Shown: positions 8,010 to 15,597, counted from the stretch's first letter. The stretch is DNA of 32,000 bases from Candidatus Nanosynbacter lyticus (GCF_000803625.1 NZ_CP007496.1:540001-572000); one strand, 5' to 3'. Notes: generated by a model not told the origin, from the letters alone. Made by a program: numbers and translations.

Positions 8010-9431
8010 TTATGACAATGTTTTAACTTGGATATTGTCAGTTCGACCTGGCTCTGGATGGTGTCCGCTCACCAGCACAACCGTTACTGGGTCTTTACCA
8101 AAATAGCCTTCCTGCTTCAGCTCTTCAGCCAATTTAATGGCTGCGTCCGTATTATTTGGTCGAACATAAGGACGAGAGGCGTAACTTAACGCTAACTTTT
8201 GTGCAGTTTTAACATTTTCAGTCACACAAACAATTGGCAAATTAGGACGATATGCACCAACATTTGCGGCAGTTGCCCCAGTGTTGGTTTCTGCGATAAT
8301 AGCTCGTGCTTTAATTCTTCTTGCTAATTGTGCTGCTGTGTAGCTTAAAATCGCGTCAGTCTTCTCGCGCATTTCAGCCTTTTCTACCAGCATCACTTCG
8401 CTATGTTCTTGGGTGTAAATAATCGTCTTTCGCATTGCTTGGACGGTTTCAATAGGATATTTACCATTGGCAGTTTCATCAGACAACATAACTACGTCTG
8501 CGCCCTGAATAACAGCATTCGCCACGTCGCTTACTTCGGCGCGGCTTGGCTCTGGATTATCAACCATGCTACCCATCATTTGCGTGGCAACAATAACCAA
8601 CTTACAATATTTACGACACAGAGCGATAATCCGACGCTGCATAACTGGCACAATTTCCGCACCAGCCTCCACCGCCAAGTCACCGCGAGCCACCATCACG
8701 CCGTCACTAGCCTTAACAATTTCCTCCAAGTTCTCTGGTTCAACAGCGGACTTGGTTTCAATCTTAGCAATAATATCAGCAGTTGAACCTAGCTCTACCA
8801 ACCGACGGCGCAAATCGATAATATCATCGGCTTTCTGCACGAAGCTCAGCGCCACATAGTCAAAGTCCTGACCTGCGGCCCATTCCAAATCGGCAATATC
8901 TTTCGGGGTTAAAATATCACCGCCAAAATCCGTATCCGGCAAGTTAAGTCCCTTACGGCTCATCAAAAAGCCATCATTCTGAACCTCAACACGGATTGCA
9001 GTTGGACTAACAATTTCCCGCACAATCGTCTTAATTTTACCGTCAAACATATAGAGCGGTTCATCGACTTTCATCTTTTCTGCCAAATTGTACTGCACCG
9101 GCAGATTAAAGCTGCCGTCGTGCTCGGTAATTTCCGAATCCAAAAATAGCATATCGCCAGCCTTAACGTTCAACATATTATCCTTTAAGACACCTAAGCG
9201 GATTTTCGGACCTTGCAAATCTTGCAGAATCGCTACTGGCTTACCGAGCTGCTCACTGGCAGTACGCACCCAGTTGATTTGCTCAATTCGCTCCTCATTA
9301 GCGCCGTGGCTAAAATTCATGCGAATACCGTTAACGCCGGCGTCAAGCAGCTGATAGACCTTTTCTTGGCTAAACGTTGCCGGACCAATTGTTGCTAATA
9401 TTTTTGTTCGTTTAAATATATTCTCGCTCAT
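8010..9431 (-). CDS. pyk: Pyruvate kinase
   Basis: KILATIGPA, RMNFSHG, MVARGDLAVE and VATQMMGSM motifs. The start is placed at M36 of the tracked ORF (ATG 9431), because a promoter and a tRNA terminator lie inside the 35-codon upstream extension, which is not homologous to pyruvate kinases. Confidence 0.9.
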   Translation of the reverse strand: MSENIFKRTKILATIGPATFSQEKVYQLLDAGVNGIRMNFSHGANEERIEQINWVRTASEQLGKPVAILQDLQGPKIRLGVLKDNMLNVKAGDMLFLDSEITEHDGSFNLPVQYNLAEKMKVDEPLYMFDGKIKTIVREIVSPTAIRVEVQNDGFLMSRKGLNLPDTDFGGDILTPKDIADLEWAAGQDFDYVALSFVQKADDIIDLRRRLVELGSTADIIAKIETKSAVEPENLEEIVKASDGVMVARGDLAVEAGAEIVPVMQRRIIALCRKYCKLVIVATQMMGSMVDNPEPSRAEVSDVANAVIQGADVVMLSDETANGKYPIETVQAMRKTIIYTQEHSEVMLVEKAEMREKTDAILSYTAAQLARRIKARAIIAETNTGATAANVGAYRPNLPIVCVTENVKTAQKLALSYASRPYVRPNNTDAAIKLAEELKQEGYFGKDPVTVVLVSGHHPEPGRTDNIQVKTLS

Positions 9432-9438
9432 TTTTAAA

Positions 9439-9447
9439 ATTATATCA
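9439..9447 (-). promoter_or_regulatory. Extended -10 promoter (TGaTATAAT) of pyk; leaderless geometry
   Basis: The minus strand reads TGATATAAT-tttaaaa-ATG. Only 7 nt separate the -10 hexamer from the A of the start codon. Confidence 0.55.
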
Positions 9448-9502
9448 CGAAATAGCGGTGATGTGAAATGCTTGGCACACTCATGCATAGCCAAAAAATC
9501 AA

Positions 9503-9529
9503 CAAATAAAAAATCGCTAGACAGGCGAT
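9503..9529 (-). terminator. Weak hairpin plus T-tract downstream of tRNA-Glu
   Basis: The minus strand reads ATCGC-ctgtcta-GCGAT followed by TTTTTTATTT. The stem is only 5 bp. Confidence 0.35.
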
Positions 9530-9551
9530 AGTTCAAATTATTACTCTTAAT

Positions 9552-9626
9552 TGGTGACCTTACCGGGAATCGAACCCGGATTGCCAGGATGAAAACCTGG
9601 TGTCCTAACCGTTAGACGATAAGGCC
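9552..9626 (-). tRNA. tRNA-Glu (anticodon UUC), CCA encoded
   Basis: Folded by hand. Acceptor GGCCTTA/TAAGGTC, D arm GTCT..GGAC, anticodon arm CCAGG-TTTTCAT-CCTGG, 4-nt variable loop, T arm CCGGG-TTCGATT-CCCGG, A73, CCA. Confidence 0.9.
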
Positions 9627-9638
9627 ACGACTTCAGAT

Positions 9639-9647
9639 ATCATAGCA
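9639..9647 (-). promoter_or_regulatory. Extended -10 promoter (TGcTATGAT) for tRNA-Glu
   Basis: TGCTATGAT lies 12 nt upstream of the mature tRNA 5' end. Confidence 0.5.
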
Positions 9648-9740
9648 AATTATTGTAAAAATGTCTATAGTCAAGCGGACAGTTGTCGGTAATTCGCCCA
9701 GAGTCAGTCGCCCCGCTCTTATTGGATAGTGATGCTTTAA

Positions 9741-9748
9741 TGTATAAT
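9741..9748 (+). promoter_or_regulatory. -10 element (TG-TATAAT) for the small ORF; leaderless geometry
   Basis: TGTATAAT-aagtct-ATG(9755), a 6-nt spacer. Confidence 0.45.
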
Positions 9749-9754
9749 AAGTCT

Positions 9755-9970
9755 ATGGTAAAACAGAAGAAGAAACGCAATAAAAAATATTCTGGCGCAG
9801 ACGCTACAGTTCAACGACCAAAAATAACACGTATCACAGCAGCAAATCGCTCCAAATTATCTCAATGGCTATTTGACCGAAAGAAGATTATTCGCATAAT
9901 TGGCATAACCTTGCTAATTGTCGCTGCAATTATAATTACTGTTTCTGGAATCGTCAGCCTATTTCGCTAA
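9755..9970 (+). CDS. Small Lys-rich, C-terminally TM-anchored protein (hypothetical, 71 aa)
   Basis: MVKQKKKRNKKYSG...IIRIIGITLLIVAAIIITVSGIVSLFR. The start is chosen at the in-frame ATG placed 6 nt after a TATAAT. The upstream part of the tracked ORF (9683-9754) would cover that promoter. Confidence 0.5.
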   Translation: MVKQKKKRNKKYSGADATVQRPKITRITAANRSKLSQWLFDRKKIIRIIGITLLIVAAIIITVSGIVSLFR

Positions 9971-12126
9971 CGAACTGGCAGCTTAAATCCGAAGGTACTA
10001 CCCTTTCCTTCTTCTGATTCAAAAATCATTTCCCCATCGTGCGACAAAATGACTTTCTTCGCCAAGAATAACCCGACGCCCGTACCATCGGGCCGTCGTT
10101 TTTTAGCATTAGTGCCACGGAAAAACTTGCCAAATAGATTTGCCTGCTCCGACTTTGGCACACCAATTCCCGAGTCCTTTACTGAAAACTCAATCATTTT
10201 ACCACTACTCTTTAAAGTAATCACCACCTTTTTGTGTGGGTTTGAATAATAAATAGCATTGTCAATCATATTCAGCATAACTTGGCGAATCTTCTCAGAA
10301 TCAAACGCTAGCGAAGGTATCTTTTTATCAATCTTTAAGACCATCTCGACCGAGCGCTGATCTGCCACAACCTTAAGTAATGAGACTTCATCACGGAGAA
10401 TCTGTGCGATATCCACACTCTGTTTATCAATGGTAAACTTTCCAGTCTGAAGCCGCGACACATTAAGAAAGTCATTAATTAACCGCACCATTCGTTCACT
10501 AGAAGAAAATGCCTCTCTAAGAACCGCTCGCTGGGTTGGCGATATTTTCCCCAAATCTCCTTCCAGCATCATATCCAAGTAACCTTTAATGCTAGTCAGT
10601 GGCGTTCTTAACTGATGTGAAGCCATAGAAATAAACTCATTTTTCGCCTCATCCAGACGCTGCAGCTGGCGGTTACTAAACCTCAGCTCTTTTGTTGCCT
10701 CATCAATTCTACGCTGCAAACTTTTATTTAGCTCATTTATTTCTTCCATTGAAAGAGAGTTGCGTATTGACACGGCCAGCTCACCAGAAATTGATTCCAA
10801 CATTTCAATATCCCGAGAGCTATAACCCAAGCTCTTATGCTCCCCTAAAAATAAAATTCCTGTTTCTTGATTTTGATGTAAAAGAGGTATGACAATTTTT
10901 GTACGATGAATATCTAAGAGTTTTTTTAGCTCTGGGTCCTTAACTTGATTCGCTAATATAACCTCTGGAAAACTGCAATTTTTATAGTAATAGTCCATAA
11001 TCCTACGCACGTCCTCCTCGACAACCGACAAGCGCCGCCGACCAGTTCGACCATAAATTCCCTTTTCTGGAATACAAAACGCCACTTTCTCCGCTTTCAA
11101 TGAACTTGCTATATAATTGCCGACCCGCCGCGTCAGCAATTGTAGGTCCACCGTGTAAGTTAATATCTTACTAATCTCGCGCGCAAAAGTATCAGCGTCA
11201 TACTCACCATAATAAAAAACCCTATCCGTCAACTTATTAAAGAACCTCTTAATGGGCTGATATAAGAACGCCAAAAGTATAGCTAGAACCATGTTCATGA
11301 AATTCAAACGACTATCAATTGTCAAGGTCCGCTGGAAAATAACAATCGAAATCACATAAGCAGAGATTATGTAAACGACAGCTAGCGCGATTAGCAGTAG
11401 CATGTATGAAACACTGCGAGCCACTGCCGTTTTTACGTCCATTAATCTATATTTTACGATGCTATACATAATTGCAAACAGAAAGAGGATAATTGCCACC
11501 GGTCCAACCCACACGTATCTATAATCGCCAAGAGCTGGCAACAATAAGTCAACTACAAACCCCGGAATACTAGATACCAACAAGCCAGTCATGTAAATGG
11601 CCACCTGCTTACGGCGAATAGTATCAGACTTCCGCCACGCCACATAACCAAACCACATAACAACTAAGAAAAATACTGAGAAAAAAGTAGCAAAAACTAT
11701 ATAATTGACAGCATTAATAGGAATTTGTGAAAAATCTACTGGTGTCGTAATCTCTGATGCGTTAATAATAAACTCAGGCGCCAAAATAATATATATAGAC
11801 AATACTATAAATAACGAACTAGATATAAAGATAAAACTCCTTACGGACTTCGTTAGGGGAAGAAATGACTTAGCGGTAAAGATAGCCAACGCTGGACAGA
11901 AAACCGCCGAAGCAACATAAAACCACCGCGAAGCAATGTCTAGTGCTGCTCCATTATCCGCCAAAGAAAACATCTCTAGTCCAGCCGACCACACAGCCAA
12001 GCATAAACAGACTAAGAAAAACCACTGTTTAGTATCGTAATGGCGTTTAGATTTTTTAAGCACTAGCATGCCTAAAATTAGCGCCATTAGCGCAACCATA
12101 CCCAGTACTAATGCTCGAGACATCAT
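9967..12126 (-). CDS. Sensor histidine kinase: polytopic N-terminal membrane domain (7TM-type), GAF-like domain, HisKA, HATPase_c
   Basis: About 8 hydrophobic helices in the first ~300 aa. H-box FISMASHQLRTPLTSIKGY, N-box MLNMIDNAIYYS, G1 DSGIGV, G2 GTGVGL. The GAF-like segment ends at ILFLGEHKSLGYSSRDIEMLESISGELAVSI. Confidence 0.88.
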   Translation of the reverse strand: MMSRALVLGMVALMALILGMLVLKKSKRHYDTKQWFFLVCLCLAVWSAGLEMFSLADNGAALDIASRWFYVASAVFCPALAIFTAKSFLPLTKSVRSFIFISSSLFIVLSIYIILAPEFIINASEITTPVDFSQIPINAVNYIVFATFFSVFFLVVMWFGYVAWRKSDTIRRKQVAIYMTGLLVSSIPGFVVDLLLPALGDYRYVWVGPVAIILFLFAIMYSIVKYRLMDVKTAVARSVSYMLLLIALAVVYIISAYVISIVIFQRTLTIDSRLNFMNMVLAILLAFLYQPIKRFFNKLTDRVFYYGEYDADTFAREISKILTYTVDLQLLTRRVGNYIASSLKAEKVAFCIPEKGIYGRTGRRRLSVVEEDVRRIMDYYYKNCSFPEVILANQVKDPELKKLLDIHRTKIVIPLLHQNQETGILFLGEHKSLGYSSRDIEMLESISGELAVSIRNSLSMEEINELNKSLQRRIDEATKELRFSNRQLQRLDEAKNEFISMASHQLRTPLTSIKGYLDMMLEGDLGKISPTQRAVLREAFSSSERMVRLINDFLNVSRLQTGKFTIDKQSVDIAQILRDEVSLLKVVADQRSVEMVLKIDKKIPSLAFDSEKIRQVMLNMIDNAIYYSNPHKKVVITLKSSGKMIEFSVKDSGIGVPKSEQANLFGKFFRGTNAKKRRPDGTGVGLFLAKKVILSHDGEMIFESEEGKGSTFGFKLPVR

Positions 12127-12137
12127 GCTAATGCTTA

Positions 12138-13499
12138 TTATAGCATTTTATCTGGTTTTTCAACCGCAAAAACCGAGTAAACACTACTTGCGGTAATATT
12201 TGCGGTAATATTATCCTTTGATACACCAGCCGCTTGAAGCAATTTAAGACTTCTGGCAATTGGACGCATGATTACGTTTGGAGTCCAACCCATTAAACCA
12301 TGGAGAAAATCTTTTTGCGGACGATTTGCATTCATATTGCCGGTAATCATTAGACCGCCATCTCGCAAGAATCCCCAAGATTCCTCCGTTAATTTTTTAT
12401 GCACCATATCAGGAAGATATTCGCGCAAGCCAGAATCCTCCATGACATCTACTTGCCGACCTTTTAAAACTTTCTTCAGACCCAACGGACGCCCAAACTT
12501 ACTAAAAAGCCTATGGCAATGAATCTCCACGTTATTTTCCAGTCCCATTTTCTTTGCTAGATTCTGCGCTGCCGCTAAAGCCAGCGGATCTTGATCAATC
12601 AAAATAGCCGTTGGAGCCTGGCCAGTTTTTTCTTTTAGTTCTTTTAGCATCTCTAGGGTCGGCAGTCCGGTTCCGCAACCAAAGCTCATGACTAGCATAT
12701 CGTCAATTGACCGATTCTCATTTTGCATATCAATATCCAATATGTGATCAATGGTTATTTTTTTCACCAAATCTCCCCGCTCACGGATACCCAGCGAATC
12801 CATGCAATATTTAATAACCTCAGCAAATTTTGGCGTCACCGGCGCTTTGATAAATTCGCGAACATTATTGATTCTCTCATCTACCGCTCGTGCTGCTTCT
12901 TGTTGAGTTTTATCGTGATTTGCCACTTCGGCTTCAATCATCATGTATCTCAACGGAACACCGTCAATCTTTTCGTCAAATAACGATTCGCCTACTGGAC
13001 CGCTCATTGTTGGATATCTGCCCGGAAAGGCCAACTTGCCACCCTCTATAACCGCCAAAGAAAATGCCGGCCCAATTGATAAGAACGTTGAAGCTGAGCC
13101 CCGTTGCTTATGCCACGGCTGAGAGTTAGTCTCTTTCTCACCGTACAGCAACTCATCACGGTAAGTTTCTAAGAAGTCATCAAGTTCTTTATTCCAACGA
13201 CCCGCCAATTTACTTATAAAAGGAATTTTACTCACAACAGCAACTGCAGCCCTACCCATATTACTGCGAATAAACCTATTTCGCACTTCTCTTAATTCTC
13301 TTCCGCCTCTTTCCAGATAGCTATATACTTTTTCAATCTTCTCTGGATTATCATATGCAGGATCGTTCTTTTCGCCCACCCGAACCTCATATCCTTGAGC
13401 TCTGAGGTCTGCAATTTCTCCATTTAATTTTTTATTAGCTTCGAAGTCAAACCCATCAACAAACTCGCGACCGCCACAATTATTCCCAAATTTTTCCAT
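12138..13499 (-). CDS. Two-part protein: unknown ~270-aa N-terminal region plus C-terminal class I SAM-dependent methyltransferase-like fold
   Basis: Motif I VMSFGCGTGLPTLEML, acidic post-I ILIDQDPLAL, motif II-like VDVMEDSGLREYL, LRDGGLMITGN. The stop lies 11 nt before the kinase ATG. I do not recognise the N-terminal region. Confidence 0.6.
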   Translation of the reverse strand: MEKFGNNCGGREFVDGFDFEANKKLNGEIADLRAQGYEVRVGEKNDPAYDNPEKIEKVYSYLERGGRELREVRNRFIRSNMGRAAVAVVSKIPFISKLAGRWNKELDDFLETYRDELLYGEKETNSQPWHKQRGSASTFLSIGPAFSLAVIEGGKLAFPGRYPTMSGPVGESLFDEKIDGVPLRYMMIEAEVANHDKTQQEAARAVDERINNVREFIKAPVTPKFAEVIKYCMDSLGIRERGDLVKKITIDHILDIDMQNENRSIDDMLVMSFGCGTGLPTLEMLKELKEKTGQAPTAILIDQDPLALAAAQNLAKKMGLENNVEIHCHRLFSKFGRPLGLKKVLKGRQVDVMEDSGLREYLPDMVHKKLTEESWGFLRDGGLMITGNMNANRPQKDFLHGLMGWTPNVIMRPIARSLKLLQAAGVSKDNITANITASSVYSVFAVEKPDKML

Positions 13500-13506
13500 G
13501 TCAAAA

Positions 13507-13515
13507 ATTATACCA
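13507..13515 (-). promoter_or_regulatory. Extended -10 promoter (TGgTATAAT) of the methyltransferase-like/kinase operon; leaderless geometry
   Basis: The minus strand reads TGGTATAAT-ttttgac-ATG(13499). Confidence 0.55.
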
Positions 13516-13524
13516 TAATTATTA

Positions 13525-13533
13525 TGCTATACT
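13525..13533 (+). promoter_or_regulatory. Extended -10 promoter (TGcTATACT) of the response regulator; leaderless geometry
   Basis: TGCTATACT-tagagc-ATG(13540). It sits back to back with the divergent promoter 15 bp away. Confidence 0.55.
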
Positions 13534-13539
13534 TAGAGC

Positions 13540-13914
13540 ATGATAAAAATTGCCATCATTGAAGACGACCCAACCATCAGCCAGATGTACCGAATGAAAT
13601 TTGAGTCAGATGGATTTGAAGTCCGCCTGGCGGCCAACGGCCAGATTGGTATAGAAGTTGTCGAAAAATTCCAACCAGATATCATTCTACTGGATTTACA
13701 AATGCCAGAGATGGATGGCACAGAAGCCTTAAAACACATTAGGTCTAAGGATTGGGGGAAAACTATTCCCGTTATTGTCCTGACTAATTTAGGCGAAGAA
13801 GAGGCGCCGCGCGAATTGAAAAAACTAGGCATACACAGCTATATCGTAAAAGCCAACCTTACACCGCGCCAAGTCGCTGAGCAAGTTAAATCTGCTATAA
13901 AGACTACTTCCTAA
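13540..13914 (+). CDS. Stand-alone receiver-domain response regulator (CheY-like, no output domain)
   Basis: Acidic pocket IIEDD, phospho-acceptor Asp in IILLDLQMPEMDG, T in VLTNLG, K in YIVKA. At 124 aa there is no room for an effector domain. Confidence 0.88.
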   Translation: MIKIAIIEDDPTISQMYRMKFESDGFEVRLAANGQIGIEVVEKFQPDIILLDLQMPEMDGTEALKHIRSKDWGKTIPVIVLTNLGEEEAPRELKKLGIHSYIVKANLTPRQVAEQVKSAIKTTS

Positions 13915-14723
13915 TCTTTAGCCTGATTAGCAATCTTTAAACACGCCGTAATTAAATTATCAAACAGAGCCGATACCGTCAGCGGACCAACGCCACCTTT
14001 TTTCGGAGTTATTAAAATATCTTCACGCAGTCGCACTTCATCCGACACATCACCCACTATTTTCCCATCTTCCGAAGCCGTTCCCGCATCAACAACCACC
14101 GCTTTTGGCTTAACCATCCGATCAGTGATTAAACCCGGAACACCAGTCGCCGACACAACAACGTCATAGTTAATCAACTGCGATAAATCATCTCCTTTTT
14201 CAAACACCGTAGCGTCAATACCAGATTTCAGCCACATCTTCTCTAAAGGAGCCCCGACCAGACGACCTCGCCCAATAATCGCAATTTTTTTGCCCTTAAG
14301 ATCAATACCATAGCCAGCCAACAGCCAATTAATAGCTGTCGGTGTGGCCGCCTGAAAATCCGTCCGCTGACGCAGACCATCAACATCTTTATCTATCCGA
14401 ATACTCTCCAGCAATTCCTCAGTTTGTCGAGGATTACTAATTGGTAGCTGTAAAATTATCCCCTGAACGTCATCACGATTATTTAGCGCGTTAATCACAC
14501 CTAAAACCTGGCCCGCCTCCGCCCGATGGATCTCCACATCAATCAAAATATCCGCACCGTATCGCTGCTTCAAACGCATGTAAGTTTCAATAACGGGATT
14601 CTCAGTGTCCGTCACAATTGCCAGGCGCGGTTGAATATGCCAAGCTTGCCTCAGAGCACGAACCTGCTTTGCTTGCCGCTCCTTAATAAAGCCGGCTAAT
14701 TCTGAACCATTTAGCTCTTTCAT
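13911..14723 (-). CDS. folD: Bifunctional 5,10-methylene-tetrahydrofolate dehydrogenase/cyclohydrolase
   Basis: FolD-like sequence throughout (LAIVTDTENPVIETYMRLKQRYG, IGRGRLVGAPL, GGVGPLTV). The start is set at M21 of the tracked ORF (ATG 14723) because TGCTATACT-taagcta-ATG gives the same leaderless geometry as neighbouring genes. Confidence 0.88.
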   Translation of the reverse strand: MKELNGSELAGFIKERQAKQVRALRQAWHIQPRLAIVTDTENPVIETYMRLKQRYGADILIDVEIHRAEAGQVLGVINALNNRDDVQGIILQLPISNPRQTEELLESIRIDKDVDGLRQRTDFQAATPTAINWLLAGYGIDLKGKKIAIIGRGRLVGAPLEKMWLKSGIDATVFEKGDDLSQLINYDVVVSATGVPGLITDRMVKPKAVVVDAGTASEDGKIVGDVSDEVRLREDILITPKKGGVGPLTVSALFDNLITACLKIANQAKD

Positions 14724-14730
14724 TAGCTTA

Positions 14731-14739
14731 AGTATAGCA
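14731..14739 (-). promoter_or_regulatory. Extended -10 promoter (TGcTATACT) of folD; leaderless geometry
   Basis: The minus strand reads TGCTATACT-taagcta-ATG(14723). Confidence 0.55.
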
Positions 14740-14770
14740 ATTTTACTATCTTGAGTACAGATATAGTATG

Positions 14771-14779
14771 TGCTATAAT
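14771..14779 (+). promoter_or_regulatory. Extended -10 promoter (TGcTATAAT) for tRNA-His
   Basis: TGCTATAAT lies 18 nt upstream of G-1 of tRNA-His. Confidence 0.5.
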
Positions 14780-14797
14780 TCAAAAAGCTTGGTCTAT

Positions 14798-14876
14798 GGC
14801 GGATGTAGCTCAGTTTGGTTAGAGCGCTGGATTGTGGCTCCGGAGGCCGTGGGTTCGAACCCCATCATTCGCCCCA
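14798..14876 (+). tRNA. tRNA-His (anticodon GUG) with genomically encoded G-1 and CCA
   Basis: Hand fold: G-1 opposite C73, acceptor GCGGATG/CATTCGC, anticodon arm CTGGA-TTGTGGC-TCCGG, T loop TTCGAAC. Confidence 0.9.
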
Positions 14877-14926
14877 AGTCTTACAGCAATTTGCTAGTAC
14901 CAAAAATTATTTTTACGGTAAAATAG

Positions 14927-14954
14927 TAGACATTTTTATCGATTGTTGTATAAT
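14927..14954 (+). promoter_or_regulatory. Promoter for tRNA-Lys (-35 TAGACA, 16-nt spacer, -10 TATAAT)
   Basis: TAGACA (14927-14932) and TATAAT (14949-14954). The tRNA 5' end is 8 nt downstream of the hexamer. Confidence 0.5.
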
Positions 14955-14962
14955 GAAATCGT

Positions 14963-15039
14963 GGGCCAGTAGCTCAGCTGGTTAGAGCACCTGCCTCTTA
15001 AGCAGGGTGTCGAGGGTTCGAGCCCCTCCTGGCCCTCCA
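14963..15039 (+). tRNA. tRNA-Lys (anticodon CUU), CCA encoded
   Basis: Acceptor GGGCCAG/CTGGCCC, anticodon arm CCTGC-CTCTTAA-GCAGG, T arm GAGGG-TTCGAGC-CCCTC. Confidence 0.9.
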
Positions 15040-15048
15040 AAAAAATAG

Positions 15049-15073
15049 CCTCACACGGAGTGAGGATTTTTTT
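15049..15073. terminator. Bidirectional rho-independent terminator
   Basis: AAAAAAATAG-CCTCAC-acgga-GTGAGG-ATTTTTTT. An A-tract lies on one side and a T-tract on the other. It sits between tRNA-Lys (+) and the stop of the 137-aa ORF (-). Confidence 0.75.
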
Positions 15074-15075
15074 AT

Positions 15076-15489
15076 TTAGCTAAATGGATTATACCCACGA
15101 GAAGGCGGCTCACGAAAAACTGTCTGCGAACTTGCTGCATTAAATGATTGGCGAGAATTTGCCAAAGATCCGCCGCCACCCCTTCCCAAAGCAGTACTAT
15201 TAATCTGACGATTTCCGCCAGCTAGACTTGGACTACTATTATTCGCGCCGACTCCAGATGTCGCCCCTATTTCTGCACCAACCCGTCTTACTCCAGCCGA
15301 ACTATTAGCCACCATAGAGGTTCGGTAGCTTTTGACATATTGCCGCTCCGAAATCGTTTGGCGGCGATTAACTTTTAAGCTCCGCTCCGTCAAACCATAC
15401 GCTTTAGGTCCATCAATCGACCCATTCCTGGGACCAGATAATCTCATCATCATTTCCCGCGTCATCTGCGGTTTCCAATTTGCGTCCAT
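15076..15489 (-). CDS. Hypothetical basic, Gly/Ser/Asn/Arg-rich low-complexity protein (137 aa)
   Basis: The ORF is flanked by an SD-like AGGGGGT just upstream of the ATG and by the bidirectional terminator just past the stop. I recognise no family. It is embedded between tRNA genes. Confidence 0.45.
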   Translation of the reverse strand: MDANWKPQMTREMMMRLSGPRNGSIDGPKAYGLTERSLKVNRRQTISERQYVKSYRTSMVANSSAGVRRVGAEIGATSGVGANNSSPSLAGGNRQINSTALGRGGGGSLANSRQSFNAASSQTVFREPPSRGYNPFS

Positions 15490-15512
15490 ATACCCCCTAT
15501 TGTTATATGAAA

Positions 15513-15589
15513 TGGCGCCCCGAGTAGGATTCGAACCTACGACCTTAGGCTTAGAAGTCCTCTGCTCTATCCAGCTGAGCTATCAGGGC
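15513..15589 (-). tRNA. tRNA-Arg (anticodon UCU), CCA encoded; anticodon stem has only 3 Watson-Crick pairs
   Basis: Acceptor GCCCTGA/TCGGGGC, D arm GCTC..GAGC, anticodon arm GAGGA-CTTCTAA-GCCTA (27-43 G/A and 31-39 A/G mismatches), T arm GTAGG-TTCGAAT-CCTAC, G73, CCA. Confidence 0.8.
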
Positions 15590-15597
15590 GTATTCAC

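Noticed and set aside
9432-9536. 35-codon N-terminal extension of pyruvate kinase in the tracked ORF
   Set aside because: The extension (MNYRLSSDFLFVDFLAMHECAKHF...) has no pyruvate kinase homology. It also contains the tRNA-Glu terminator hairpin and the TGATATAAT promoter that sits 7 nt before ATG 9431.
12125-12146. 6-bp inverted repeat ATGCTA...TAGCAT spanning the methyltransferase-like stop and the kinase start
   Set aside because: The stem is too short with a 10-nt loop. It is compatible with chance and is not a convincing regulatory hairpin.
13533-13832. 99-aa minus-strand ORF
   Set aside because: It is fully antisense to the response-regulator gene, which has all the receiver-domain motifs, so it is a shadow ORF.
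14724-14783. 20-codon extension of folD
   Set aside because: It contains the TGCTATACT -10 element. The canonical FolD N-terminus (MKELNGSELAGFIKE) begins at ATG 14723.
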